Shown: positions 1 through 9,918, counted from the first letter of the stretch. The stretch: 64,000 nt of DNA from Chloroflexota bacterium (GCA_965261345.1 OZ253449.1:1696001-1760000), one strand, 5' to 3'. The notes: generated by a model not told the origin, from the sequence alone. Program-made: numbers and translations.

Positions 1-225
1 GATGATCTTGTCGTCAACATCGGTAAAGTTCTGCGCGTGGGCGACCTCGTGCCCGAGGAATTCGAGCCAGCGGCGCAAGACGTCAACCATTACAAACACC
101 CGGGCGTGCCCAATATGAGGCTTGTCCTTCGGGGTCATCCCGCAGGCGTATAGCGATACGCTCTTGCCCTGGCCGCCGACCGTAATCAGCTTGCGGGTGG
201 CCGTATCGCGGATCCTCAGGCCCAG
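1..225 (-). CDS. cysS: Cysteinyl-tRNA synthetase, N-terminal part (runs off the window); probable CTG start
   Basis: Manual translation: LGLRIRDTATRKLITVGGQGKSVSLYACGMTPKDKPHIGHAR...QNFTDVDDKII, with HIGH and NFTDVDDKII motifs. In-frame TAG just upstream; follows ispD-ispF as in the usual gene order. Confidence 0.93.
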   Translation of the reverse strand, partial: MGLRIRDTATRKLITVGGQGKSVSLYACGMTPKDKPHIGHARVFVMVDVLRRWLEFLGHEVAHAQNFTDVDDKII

Positions 226-336
226 TGGGTGATCCTAGTTCTCATGGCGTCAAATCCAGGATGGGGCCCAAGTCGCAGTGTCTTGGACGCCCGGAAATTT
301 TAAATGGGATCGGCCGGCCACCCGTCCAGAACCGGC

Positions 337-825
337 CTAGCGGCCCATCTTGGAGAGCAGGACCACGCAGTTGGCGGCGATCGCCTGCGAACTCCCAATC
401 GGCCCCAATCCCTCGGCGGTCTTGGCCTTTACGCTGAACCGGACCGGGGTGACACTGGTGATTCCGCCGATTCGCGACGACATCATGTACAGACGCGGCG
501 CGATTTTGGGGGTTTCGAGATGGATCGTCATGTCAGCGTGCTCGATCCGCCAGCCGAGTTTGCGCACGCTGTTGTGGACCTCCCAAAGCAGGTCGGCCGA
601 ATTGGCGCCGGCCCAGGCGTCGTCGGTATCGGGAAATACCCGTCCGATGTCGCCCATCTGGGTCGCCCCCAGGAGAGCGTCGATTAGCGCGTGCAGTCCG
701 ACGTCGGCGTCGGAATGACCGACCGCCGTAAACGGCGCGTCGATGTCGATCCCGCAGATCCGCAACGGACCGCCGGGGGCCAGGCGATGGATGTCGTATC
801 CCTGTCCGATACGTTTTTGGGTCAC
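337..825 (-). CDS. ispF: 2-C-methyl-D-erythritol 2,4-cyclodiphosphate synthase
   Basis: RIGQGYDIH, GHSDADV, DALLGA, GDIG and KAKTAEGLG motifs; GTG start. Confidence 0.95.
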   Translation of the reverse strand: MTQKRIGQGYDIHRLAPGGPLRICGIDIDAPFTAVGHSDADVGLHALIDALLGATQMGDIGRVFPDTDDAWAGANSADLLWEVHNSVRKLGWRIEHADMTIHLETPKIAPRLYMMSSRIGGITSVTPVRFSVKAKTAEGLGPIGSSQAIAANCVVLLSKMGR

Positions 826-836
826 GGTTTGGCTCC

Positions 837-1553
837 TTAGCCCGAGCGTTTGGCGTGTTGGTGGTCGGGGTGAATCGCCCGGGCCTGGGCAAGATCGCCC
901 TGGCTGGTGATTTTCAGATTAGTCTCTGCGCCTTCGTATACCGCAACCGGGTGGCCGCAATGTCGCAGCAGCGAGGCCTCGTCGGTGAAGCGGTCAAGTT
1001 CGCCCCGCAGACGGCGATGGCACTGGAGCAGCAGCTGGCGTTTGGCGATCTGCGGCGTTTGCGCCAGGTAGCTGCGCGCCCGATCCGGTGATTGGACTAT
1101 CCGGCCGCCGCCATCTACGATCTGGACCGTGTCGGTGGCCCGGAGGGCGGCGATTACGGCTCCATGCCGGGACGCCGCCGCCAGGCCGTCGTCGATTAGT
1201 CGTGGGGTTAGAAATGGCCGGGCCGCGTCGTGGACGAGCGCCCACTCCCAATCGCCCGCGGCCGCCTCGAGGCCGGACAACGTCGAGATTGAGCGGCAGT
1301 CCCCGCCCTTGCAGGGAGGCAGCAGCTTGTCGCTGCCCGACCGATCAGCGATTTGGCCCAGCCAGGCAAGATTGTCCGGCGAGCCGACTATCTGGATCGC
1401 GCTAACTGCCGGGCTGGCGATCAATGCCGCCAGCGCCAGGTCGGCCACCGCGCGGCCGGCAATTTCCTCGCGCAGCTTGTCGGCCCCGAAACGCCGGGAA
1501 GCGCCGCCGGCCAACAGGACCGCCAGGCAACTTTCGGCCGATCGATTGCCCAT
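837..1553 (-). CDS. ispD: 2-C-methyl-D-erythritol 4-phosphate cytidylyltransferase
   Basis: LLAGGASRRFGADK, LVHDAARP, AQTPQ, FTDEASL and NLKIT motifs. Start trimmed to ATG 1553 because the longer ORF overlaps clpC. Confidence 0.93.
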   Translation of the reverse strand: MGNRSAESCLAVLLAGGASRRFGADKLREEIAGRAVADLALAALIASPAVSAIQIVGSPDNLAWLGQIADRSGSDKLLPPCKGGDCRSISTLSGLEAAAGDWEWALVHDAARPFLTPRLIDDGLAAASRHGAVIAALRATDTVQIVDGGGRIVQSPDRARSYLAQTPQIAKRQLLLQCHRRLRGELDRFTDEASLLRHCGHPVAVYEGAETNLKITSQGDLAQARAIHPDHQHAKRSG

Positions 1554-1593
1554 CGTCAATCGGCCAGCCCGGCCGGATCGCCGCGATCGCCGG

Positions 1594-4059
1594 CTAGGCC
1601 TCGATCGGTTGCAGGACGTTGGTGGCCAATTCGTCGCCGGCGCGATCAACGACGACTTTGGCGCCGCTAACCAATTCGCCGGCCAACAGGGTTTCGGCCA
1701 ACGGGTCCTCGAGCAATTGTTGGATGATGCGCCGCAGCGGACGCGCCCCAAAATCCGGATCGTAGCCGCGTTCGGCCAATAGCCCCAGGGCCGCGACAGA
1801 GAGATCGAGCTCGACTTCGAGCTCGCGCAATCGGGCACGAAGGTGTTCGAGCTCAAGATCGACGATGCGATCGATATCAGCTCGTCCGAGCGAGCGGAAC
1901 ACGACCGAGGCATCGATCCGGTTTAGAAATTCGGGCCTGAAGGCCTTGCGCAACTCACTGGTTACCTTGGACTTCATTTCGCGATAGAAATCTTCTTCGG
2001 CCGCCGCCTCGACCGCTCCGGAAAAACCCAGTCCGCCGGCGCGCTTGATCTGCTTGGCCCCGATGTTGGAGGTCATGATCAAAACCGTGTTGCGGAAGTC
2101 GACGGTGCGGCCCTTGGAATCGGTCAGGCGACCGTCTTCCATCAACTGCAGCAGGACGTTGAAAACGTCGGGGTGGGCCTTTTCGATCTCATCGAGCAGG
2201 ATCACCGAATAGGGTCGCCGCCGGGCGGCCTCGGTCAATTGACCGGCATCTTCATAACCGATGTAGCCGGGTGGGGCCCCGACCAAGCGCGATACGGAAT
2301 GCCGCTCCATGTATTCGGACATGTCGATCCGAATTAGGGCTTCCTGGCTGCCGAACAGGAATTCGGCCAGGGCCCGCGCCAGCAGGGTCTTGCCCACGCC
2401 GGTCGGTCCCATGAATATGAAACTGCCGATCGGGCGCTTCGGGTCCTTGAGGCCCGCCCGTGCCCGTCGAACCGCCTTGGACAGGGTGGCGATAGCCTCA
2501 TCCTGGGAAATTACCGTGCGGTGCAATTCGTCTTCCATATGCAGCAGCCGCTTGGACTCCTCCTCGGCGATCCGGTGGACCGGGATTCCGGTCCAAACCG
2601 AGACGACCTGGGCCACGTCCTCTTCGAGCACCTGGGGGATCTCGCGGGCCCGGGTATCGAGCCATTGGGCTTCCATCGCCTCGGCCTTGGCCCGCATTGT
2701 CCGCTCCTGCTCGCGCAGTTCGTCGGCTTCGTCGAACTCCGATCGGGAGATTGCCGCGTCCTTGCGGCGGACCAGCTCTTCGACTTGTTTTTGCATATTG
2801 CGAAGGGCCAGCGAGGTCGATCCCGCGCGGATGTTGACCCGCGCCGCGGCCTCATCGATCACGTCGATCGCCTTGTCCGGCAGGAAGCGGTCGGTCACAT
2901 AGCGGCCGGCCATCTCCGAGGCCGAAACGACCGCCTCGTCGGTGATCTTGACGCTGTGGTGTTCCTCGTAGCGCGATCGCACGCCGAGCAGGATTGCGGT
3001 CGTCTCTTCAATCGTCGACTCGCGCACTCGGACCTGCTGAAAGCGCCGCTCCAGGGCCGCGTCGCGTTCAACGTATTTGCGAAATTCGTCGGCGGTGGTG
3101 GCCCCGATGCACTGTAGTTCGCCCCGGGAAAGCGCCGGTTTGAGAATATTGGCGGCATCGATCGCCCCCTCGGCGGCACCGGCCCCGACCAGGGTGTGCA
3201 ACTCGTCGATGAATATCACGCAGTCGTTGGAACTGCGGATCTCCTCGATAACCTTCTTGAGCCGCTCCTCGAACTCGCCGCGGTATTTGGTGCCGGCCAC
3301 CAGCAACCCGATGTCGAGGGTAAGCAGGCGGCGGTCCTTGAGGCTCTCTGGTATGTCGCCGGCCACGATCTTCTGGGCCAGGCCCTCCACGATCGCGGTC
3401 TTGCCTACTCCGGGGTCGCCGACCAGCGCCGGGTTGTTCTTGGTACGTCGCGAAAGGATGTGAATCACCCGGTCAATCTCGTTTTCGCGGCCGATGACCG
3501 GATCGAGCTCGTCGCGCCGGGCGGCGGCAGTCAGGTCGATCCCCAGTGAATCGAGGGTAGGTGTCGCCGAGGTCTTGCGGCGGGCGGCGCGTCCGCGGCG
3601 CTTGGGCTCCATCGCCCCCTGCGAGACCACTCGCACGACCTGGGCACGAACTTTTTCCAGGTTCACGCCCAAACTCTCCAGTACTCCGGCGGCAATACCC
3701 TCGCCCTCGCGCACCAATCCCAATAGCAGGTGCTCGGTACCGATGTAGTTGTGGCCCAGGCGTCTGGCTTCCTCGACCGCCAGCTCGATTACGCGTTTGG
3801 CGCGTGGAGTCAGGTTGATGTCGGCAATGACCACTTTTTCGCCACGGCCGATGATAAATTCAACCGCCGAGCGCACCTTATTTAGTTCGACTCCCAGGTT
3901 CCCCAGCGCCTTGGCGGCGATGCCGTCGCCCTCGCGCAAAAGCCCCAGCAACAGATGCTCGGTGCCGATGTAGGTGTGGTTGAAGCGGGTGGCCTCGTCT
4001 TGGGCGTAGACGAGCACCTTTTTGGCGCGTTCGGTGAACTTGTCTAATCGCTCGTTCAC
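1594..4059 (-). CDS. clpC: ATP-dependent Clp protease ATP-binding subunit ClpC
   Basis: Two Clp N repeats ([11 protein letters not shown]), NBD1 [14 protein letters not shown], short coiled coil, NBD2 [17 protein letters not shown], ClpP-docking LGF loop, GARPLRR. Confidence 0.96.
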   Translation of the reverse strand: MNERLDKFTERAKKVLVYAQDEATRFNHTYIGTEHLLLGLLREGDGIAAKALGNLGVELNKVRSAVEFIIGRGEKVVIADINLTPRAKRVIELAVEEARRLGHNYIGTEHLLLGLVREGEGIAAGVLESLGVNLEKVRAQVVRVVSQGAMEPKRRGRAARRKTSATPTLDSLGIDLTAAARRDELDPVIGRENEIDRVIHILSRRTKNNPALVGDPGVGKTAIVEGLAQKIVAGDIPESLKDRRLLTLDIGLLVAGTKYRGEFEERLKKVIEEIRSSNDCVIFIDELHTLVGAGAAEGAIDAANILKPALSRGELQCIGATTADEFRKYVERDAALERRFQQVRVRESTIEETTAILLGVRSRYEEHHSVKITDEAVVSASEMAGRYVTDRFLPDKAIDVIDEAAARVNIRAGSTSLALRNMQKQVEELVRRKDAAISRSEFDEADELREQERTMRAKAEAMEAQWLDTRAREIPQVLEEDVAQVVSVWTGIPVHRIAEEESKRLLHMEDELHRTVISQDEAIATLSKAVRRARAGLKDPKRPIGSFIFMGPTGVGKTLLARALAEFLFGSQEALIRIDMSEYMERHSVSRLVGAPPGYIGYEDAGQLTEAARRRPYSVILLDEIEKAHPDVFNVLLQLMEDGRLTDSKGRTVDFRNTVLIMTSNIGAKQIKRAGGLGFSGAVEAAAEEDFYREMKSKVTSELRKAFRPEFLNRIDASVVFRSLGRADIDRIVDLELEHLRARLRELEVELDLSVAALGLLAERGYDPDFGARPLRRIIQQLLEDPLAETLLAGELVSGAKVVVDRAGDELATNVLQPIEA

Positions 4060-4190
4060 GTTACAACCCCAATCAGCTTCGGTTACCCAATTTTGACCAA
4101 TGATCGGCCAGAAATCGCCATTAAGCCAACTCTATTGCCATTGCCGGAGCTAATCCGCGCTCCGCTTGCCCTAAATTCGACTCCGGCGGT

Positions 4191-5414
4191 TTAGTCGGGA
4201 GCCGAGTATTCGGCAGTGCCAACGATCGTTCCGCCGGCGCCGTCAGCGCGCTCTGGAGGGGTGACATCGGGGGTTGCAGAGGCTTCGGACGGGAGCAGGC
4301 GAATCCGCCGCCGCCGGGTTTCGATATTTAATATCTTGAATTTTCGAACGTCGGCCTCACGGAAACCCACCATCGCCCCGTCGTCAACGTCGGCAACATG
4401 GGCCAGTCCCTCGATGCCGTCGGCCAACCGTACGAACACGCCGAAGGTGGCTAGGTTGGTCACCGTGCCGTCGACGACCTGCTCGACCGCAAAGCGGGTT
4501 TCGATATCTTTCCAGGGATCGGACTTGGTGCGGCGGATGCTGAGCGCGATTTTCTTGTCGACGCGGTCTAACGCCAGGATGTAGACATCTATTTCCTCGC
4601 CCGGCTTTAGCACCTCGGCGGGATCATTGACTCGACTCCAGGCCAACTCCGATATGTGGGCCAGACCGTCGGCGCCGCCGAGGTCTATGAATGCGCCAAA
4701 GGTCGCCAGATTGGACACCCGGCCCTTGACCACCTGTCCGACCTTGAAGCGATCCAGCAGGGCGTCACGTCGCTTGGCCCGGGCCTCGCGTTCGGCCGCA
4801 CGCTCGGAGAGGATCAAGCGGTTACGGCGCTTATCCATTTCGATGATCTTGACGCGAATCGTGCGACCCACCAGCGAGGAGAGCAACTCGATGAGCTCAT
4901 CGCGCTGATCGCGCGGGATCGAGGGGCCAAGCGAGGTCAGCTGTGACATCGGCACGAATCCGCGTGGGCCGATATCTACCAGCACTCCACCCTTGTTGAA
5001 TTCGGTCACCTTGGTTTCAACCACGGTGCCTTCCTCGTAGATTTTCTCAGTCTGCCGCCAGAGTTTTTCCTGGAAGGCCCGGCGGATCGATAGCATCGCC
5101 GCGGCATCGCCCTCGGGCTGCAGCACGAAGACGTCGATCTCATCGCCGATTGACAGATCGAGGCGATCGTCCATGTAGTGGGGGTCGAACAGCTCACGAC
5201 CGACCACCACGCCTTCGGATTTGAGGCCGACATCGATCATTACTTCTTCGCCGGAGATTCGCATAACCCGGCCAGTGACCAATTCGCCGCGCGAAACCAG
5301 CTTTACTTCATGGACCCCGTGGTCGAGCAGATCGCCCATGCCGGAGAGTGTTTCGTAGTCGGTGTCCGGCGCAATCTCGCGTATGTGACGCCTGATTGCA
5401 GTTGGCGTCGCCAA
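4191..5414 (-). CDS. rpsA: 30S ribosomal protein S1 (four S1 domains)
   Basis: Repeated S1 motifs (IDVGLKSEG, NKGGVLVD, FGAFIDLGGADGLAHISEL, FGVFVRLADGIEGLAH); TTG start. Confidence 0.85.
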   Translation of the reverse strand: MATPTAIRRHIREIAPDTDYETLSGMGDLLDHGVHEVKLVSRGELVTGRVMRISGEEVMIDVGLKSEGVVVGRELFDPHYMDDRLDLSIGDEIDVFVLQPEGDAAAMLSIRRAFQEKLWRQTEKIYEEGTVVETKVTEFNKGGVLVDIGPRGFVPMSQLTSLGPSIPRDQRDELIELLSSLVGRTIRVKIIEMDKRRNRLILSERAAEREARAKRRDALLDRFKVGQVVKGRVSNLATFGAFIDLGGADGLAHISELAWSRVNDPAEVLKPGEEIDVYILALDRVDKKIALSIRRTKSDPWKDIETRFAVEQVVDGTVTNLATFGVFVRLADGIEGLAHVADVDDGAMVGFREADVRKFKILNIETRRRRIRLLPSEASATPDVTPPERADGAGGTIVGTAEYSAPD

Positions 5415-5510
5415 GTGTGGGTAGTCCTATGGGTCGGTCGGTTTTTGCTAATTCGATCCAGAATCAAAGACCGCCCCCAAAAACCTGTAAAGAGGCGGCG
5501 TTCGAACCGG

Positions 5511-5516
5511 ATTATA
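5511..5516 (-). promoter_or_regulatory. Putative sigma70 -10 box for rpsA
   Basis: Perfect TATAAT on the minus strand about 100 nt upstream of rpsA; no clear -35. Confidence 0.5.
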
Positions 5517-5558
5517 GGTGAGCCTGCCGGCAATTTCCGGACCGTCCGGTCCGGCGGC

Positions 5559-7490
5559 CTAGAGGTGCCGAATGCGTTCTTCGACCGCGGTCCTTATGAT
5601 GTTGGGCAACGCCGCAACATCTTCGATCACCGCCCCGGCGCAGGATGCCAGCGGCTTGTCGTTGTAGGTGGGCTGGTAGGCCAACTGGAATTCCGACTTG
5701 ACCACTCCGACACCGAAGGCCAGGACCTTGTAGCGCTGGTCGGGCCGGCCGGCCCGGTTGTTGCGGTGCATGTCGATGAGGGCGCGCCGGAGGAGTGCCG
5801 GGTCGGAGCTGATTCCGTCGGTTACCACGAAGATGCTCTTTAGGCCCGGTTGCGAGCGCGAGCGCTCCAGGGCGGCCGCTAGGGCGCCGGAATCGTCGGT
5901 GTCCTTGTGATCTAGGTCGTAGAGGCGTTTGAATATTTCCGAGTGATCGCGGGGTTCGTAGGGTGCTGCCCGCCCCGAGAGCTGCCGCGGCCATTTGCAG
6001 TCCGCAAAGGCCCAAAGCGGTGTTATCTGCGAGGAGAAGGCGATCACCTCGAACGGGATCCGCAGGCGTTCATGGATTTCGATGAAAAGGATCGCCGAAT
6101 CGGCTAGGCGGTCGAATTTGCGGGTGGGGTAACCCTTCTGCACCATCGAACCCGAGATGTCGAGCAGGATCAAGCTGGCAAAGTCGCGCTGGCGGTCATT
6201 GCGCGGTACTCGCAGGCCCTTGAGGAATGCGTTCAACGGGTCGGTCAACAGGCGCTCGGGCCGCTGCAGGTCGATATTGCCGGTCTCGCCCGACCGGCGC
6301 TTGCGAGGACGACGTTGGGCGTCGGTGTCGCCCTGCCGACGACGGTCCATGATCTGTTCCAACCCCGGCCGGCGACCGTCGCCTTTGATGGTGGTCTCGA
6401 TCCCTGGGCGCAGGCGCTCGACCGCCGCCAGGTAGTCGAAATTCTCGTAATCGACGCGGTCGTTTTCCTCGCCGCGGCGCAGCGCATCAACCATATCGCT
6501 GGCCCAGCGCGGGTTGCTTCTGGCGTTGCGGTCGAGCATCCGGCGCCGGACCGAGCGGGCCGAGATCGCCCGGCGCTGCTGGACCCGCTGCTGGGCGCGT
6601 TTGACCGCCTGCGACCCGCCGGCGCCCTCGCGCAACTGAATGGTCTCTTCGCCGATCTCACCCTCGCCGACCTCGGCGTTGGCCCGGGCGGCCTGGGCGT
6701 CGGCCTCGTTGGCGGCCGCGTTGGGTTGACCGGCGTCCTCGCCGGCCGGCCGGTCGGTCTGTTGCGAGAGCGCCTCCCATTCCCCGATCAGGCCGGCATA
6801 CACTGCCGCGGTGCGTCCGGAGAGGCGTTTTAGCAAACCCTCCAGGTCGTCGGCGCCGGCCGCCCGCTCGAGATCACGGCGGGTCTGGTCCAGCGCATCC
6901 TGGACCAGTTGCGGAGTAAACGGGGTCTGGGTGTTGCCGGGCCAACGCCGGTTGGCCCAGTTCGCCGTCAATGCGTCGAGGAAGAGGTGGTGGGCTGGAC
7001 GCAGGAACCCGCTGCTGTCGGTGGGGGCGGCGACATCGGAACGCGGATCCAGGTCGGGCAGCAGGCGGTATAGCTCGACAAAGTAGGGTTCGGCTCCCGG
7101 ACGGTTTTGGAGGTAGCGGTCGTTGACGCGCAAATCGTTGACCGCGCTAACTAGCAGGCGCATCGAGTCGGCCGAATAGCCGTGGCGACGCTGGCCCCGC
7201 AGCCATTGTTCGATCCTCCGCCGCCCGGCCGCGCCGGTGTGGAATGCCTCGGCCACAAGGTGGCACATCCCGCCGATCAATCGCCGATCCGGCCAGATCC
7301 GGGTCAGCTGTTCGGGGTAGGTGATCAGCTGATGATCGGGGAGATAGCCCCACCATTGCCCGGGCAGGACGGCAATTCGCCGATCGCCGATGATTAGCCG
7401 GGTTGCCAGTTCCAGTTCACCCGGATCGAGGCCGGCCGACTTGGCCGGCTGCGATCCGGTTACGGCCGCGAGATGTTCAGGCGATACCAT
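5559..7490 (-). CDS. vWA/MIDAS-domain protein (CobT/NorD-like architecture), probable partner of the upstream AAA+ protein
   Basis: C-terminal ILLDISGSM (DxSxS), downstream T (DTDDSGAL) and VVTDG. N-terminal AVNDLRVN...PG segment and a low-complexity linker. ATG 7490 overlaps the upstream stop. Confidence 0.85.
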   Translation of the reverse strand: MVSPEHLAAVTGSQPAKSAGLDPGELELATRLIIGDRRIAVLPGQWWGYLPDHQLITYPEQLTRIWPDRRLIGGMCHLVAEAFHTGAAGRRRIEQWLRGQRRHGYSADSMRLLVSAVNDLRVNDRYLQNRPGAEPYFVELYRLLPDLDPRSDVAAPTDSSGFLRPAHHLFLDALTANWANRRWPGNTQTPFTPQLVQDALDQTRRDLERAAGADDLEGLLKRLSGRTAAVYAGLIGEWEALSQQTDRPAGEDAGQPNAAANEADAQAARANAEVGEGEIGEETIQLREGAGGSQAVKRAQQRVQQRRAISARSVRRRMLDRNARSNPRWASDMVDALRRGEENDRVDYENFDYLAAVERLRPGIETTIKGDGRRPGLEQIMDRRRQGDTDAQRRPRKRRSGETGNIDLQRPERLLTDPLNAFLKGLRVPRNDRQRDFASLILLDISGSMVQKGYPTRKFDRLADSAILFIEIHERLRIPFEVIAFSSQITPLWAFADCKWPRQLSGRAAPYEPRDHSEIFKRLYDLDHKDTDDSGALAAALERSRSQPGLKSIFVVTDGISSDPALLRRALIDMHRNNRAGRPDQRYKVLAFGVGVVKSEFQLAYQPTYNDKPLASCAGAVIEDVAALPNIIRTAVEERIRHL

Positions 7491-9801
7491 AGTTGGCCAG
7501 CACCGGCTCGAGCACCCGCAGCATCTCCGGCGAGGCGCCCTCGAGGACCCCGCGCCGGTACCAGCCGCAGAGTTGTTCGCGGTCATCGGACCCCTGGGCC
7601 AGCATGACCAGCTCGGCGGTCGTTAGCGCGGTGCGCTCGGCCACCGCCGAGGCCAGGTCGGGCGGGATATTTCCAAAACCCTCGCCTCCGGCTTCGTCCA
7701 GCTCGCCGGCCAGCAGGCGGCGCGCGACGCCAACCAACTGGCAGATTCCGGTCAGCAAGTCCCGGTCGGCGGTCGGCCCGGATACTTCGCCAAGGATCGC
7801 CAGCTCCTCGTCGGGTGGAGGGTACTCCATGGCGATGACCGCCCCGAAGCGGTTTTCGACCCCCTCGTTGAGCGGTTTTACGCCCGGCCCGTCGGGGGCC
7901 GCGGTGGCGACCAGGCGAAAGTGCGGATGGGCGCGAAACTGCGACCCATCGGGCAGCGTGACCAGCCCGGCCTTGTCAAACAGCCCATTAATGATCGAGT
8001 GCACGTCGGGATAGGCCAGGTTGTATTCATTGATGATTACGAAATATCCGGCCTGTACCGCCTCCATGAACGCCTGAACGTTCCAGCGGGTTTGGCCGCC
8101 GCGCATCTGCCGAACCGCGGTCAGGTCGCTCTTGTCGGTCTCGCCGGTAAACGAAAACTCGACCACCGGCAGCTCCCACTGCAACGCCAGGGTCCGCGCA
8201 AGTGCCGATTTGCCGCAGCCCGATGGACCGCGCAGCATGACCGGCCAGCCCAGCAGCACCGCGCTCTGGGCGAGCTGCACGGCGCGATGGGTGGACGCGG
8301 TCAGGCAGGGCAGCGTACTCAAGGAGGTTGGCAGGCTGCCCAAGGCCTGCGGTAGATTGATGTCGAACTGGGCCCGGAGCTGGCTGCGAACCAGATCCAG
8401 CTGGGTGCGCTGGGTAAGTCGCCGGCCGTTGTGATCGAAGGCCGTCAGCGCCGGGGCCCTGCCCGGGCTGGCCGATATGAGCGCCCTGGTCCCGTCGGAG
8501 AGCAGGAGCTCTTCGCCACCTGACGGATCGGCGGCAACCGATTCAGCGGGCAATGGATAGTCCAGCGCGGGCACTGGCCGCGCGGTACCGGGCGGCGGCG
8601 GATCGTCGACTAACAGGGTCCCCGCCAGCCTGGCCGGCGGTTGCTCGGCGGCCTTGAGATTGCCCAGCAGTTTGCTGGCGATCGTTACCACTTCCCCGGC
8701 AATGTCGGGCGGGGCGATCGTTAGCACCGCTAGGCCGCCGATCTGCGCCAGCGGCAAACCGGTCAGATGCCCGATCGCCAGCCAATGCAGCAGCGCCCGG
8801 GTGGAGATTCGATCGCGCATCCGCCCACCGTGTTCACGGTGATGGCGCAGTCGATCGGCCACCGCCACCAATCGCTCGGCGGCAATCCGATTGGCGCTGA
8901 CGCCGGCCGCGCCCAGCAACCCGATCCGGTCAAATTCAACCAGCAGCGAGTCGATTTCCTGGTCCGGCGGCAGAAAACCCATCGTCATATCGCCCAGTCC
9001 GACCCCGAAGCGTCGCCGCAGCGGGCGACCCAGTTCGGAAGTGCCGATGTAATTGGGGTTGGCGGTGGCGATGATCCCAAAATCCTGGTGCAGGGCGATT
9101 TCGACGTTGCCCATGCGGGTGGAAGAGAGCAGTAGGCGACCGGTGTCCATTGCCGAGGTGATCGCACTCATCAGGTCGGCCGGGAGCATGTTCAGTTCGT
9201 TGATCAGCAGCTTCTTGCCGTAAAGCATGGCCTCGGCGGCCGGTCCCAGCTGAGCCTGGGTTGACTGCCGCCCCTGCGCATCGATCCTCACCTCGGTGCG
9301 GTGGAAGAAATCGGTCAGGGTCGAATCGCCGGAAAAATTCAATTCGGTAATCGGGAGGTTGGCGGCAAAACAATAGGTCTTGGCCAGGGTCGTTTTGCCG
9401 CAGCCGGTAGGCCCGGAGATGAGGATCATTGAACCCAGCCGCGGATTGTTGTCAATTTGCGCGATCCGCTCCAGCATGTCTGCCATGCCGGCGGTCAGGT
9501 GGGCGAAGATTTCATGTCGGCGCGGCACGCTTTGCGCGAAATCGTCGGCTTCGGCCGGCCGGAAATGGTTGGCGTCGATATTCATGTTGGCGCGGGCGAT
9601 TTGGCTGGCGCGCGGGTAGCGACGGCCCTTAATTTCGTAGCAGTCGTGGGTAACAATCAGCTCCGGTCCCAGTTTGATGGTTTCGCCGGCGGGGATTTGG
9701 GCGGAGTCGTCCGCGGGGGCTGAACCCGGATGGGTACCGGCCGGGGCGGATGGTTCGGGTATGAGCCGGCGGATCAGGTCTAACAAGTTCGCATTTGCCA
9801 C
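7477..9801 (-). CDS. AAA+ ATPase with two tandem MoxR/AAA_5 (midasin-like) modules
   Basis: Module 1: GPTGCGKT, LLINELN, FGIIATANP, RRRF, STRALLHW. Module 2: GPSGCGKS, IINEYNLA, HPHFRLVAT, ENRF. GTG start. Confidence 0.88.
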   Translation of the reverse strand: MANANLLDLIRRLIPEPSAPAGTHPGSAPADDSAQIPAGETIKLGPELIVTHDCYEIKGRRYPRASQIARANMNIDANHFRPAEADDFAQSVPRRHEIFAHLTAGMADMLERIAQIDNNPRLGSMILISGPTGCGKTTLAKTYCFAANLPITELNFSGDSTLTDFFHRTEVRIDAQGRQSTQAQLGPAAEAMLYGKKLLINELNMLPADLMSAITSAMDTGRLLLSSTRMGNVEIALHQDFGIIATANPNYIGTSELGRPLRRRFGVGLGDMTMGFLPPDQEIDSLLVEFDRIGLLGAAGVSANRIAAERLVAVADRLRHHREHGGRMRDRISTRALLHWLAIGHLTGLPLAQIGGLAVLTIAPPDIAGEVVTIASKLLGNLKAAEQPPARLAGTLLVDDPPPPGTARPVPALDYPLPAESVAADPSGGEELLLSDGTRALISASPGRAPALTAFDHNGRRLTQRTQLDLVRSQLRAQFDINLPQALGSLPTSLSTLPCLTASTHRAVQLAQSAVLLGWPVMLRGPSGCGKSALARTLALQWELPVVEFSFTGETDKSDLTAVRQMRGGQTRWNVQAFMEAVQAGYFVIINEYNLAYPDVHSIINGLFDKAGLVTLPDGSQFRAHPHFRLVATAAPDGPGVKPLNEGVENRFGAVIAMEYPPPDEELAILGEVSGPTADRDLLTGICQLVGVARRLLAGELDEAGGEGFGNIPPDLASAVAERTALTTAELVMLAQGSDDREQLCGWYRRGVLEGASPEMLRVLEPVLANYGIA

Positions 9802-9889
9802 TTGGCCGATGTGTCAATGCCTAGGTTATTTGAATCGGTCTCCCATGCATCCGCAATTGGGAGTCCATATCGCCCTGAGTTTGAATAGC

Positions 9890-9918
9890 GTTATATACCT
9901 TGGTTTACATTGTGTCTA
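9890..9918 (-). promoter_or_regulatory. Putative sigma70 promoter for the AAA-vWA unit
   Basis: Minus strand TAGACA-N17-TATAAC. Confidence 0.55.

Noticed and set aside
4060-4190. CtsR or CIRCE operator upstream of clpC
   Set aside because: Only a single GGTCAAA half-site, and no CIRCE inverted repeat.
4191-9801. AAA-vWA unit co-transcribed with rpsA-clpC as one operon
   Set aside because: A hairpin follows the vWA stop and rpsA has its own TATAAT, so the linkage is positional only.
5559-9801. Calling the pair cobS/cobT, cbbQ/cbbO or norQ/norD
   Set aside because: Those ATPases have a single AAA module, and none of their client genes are nearby.
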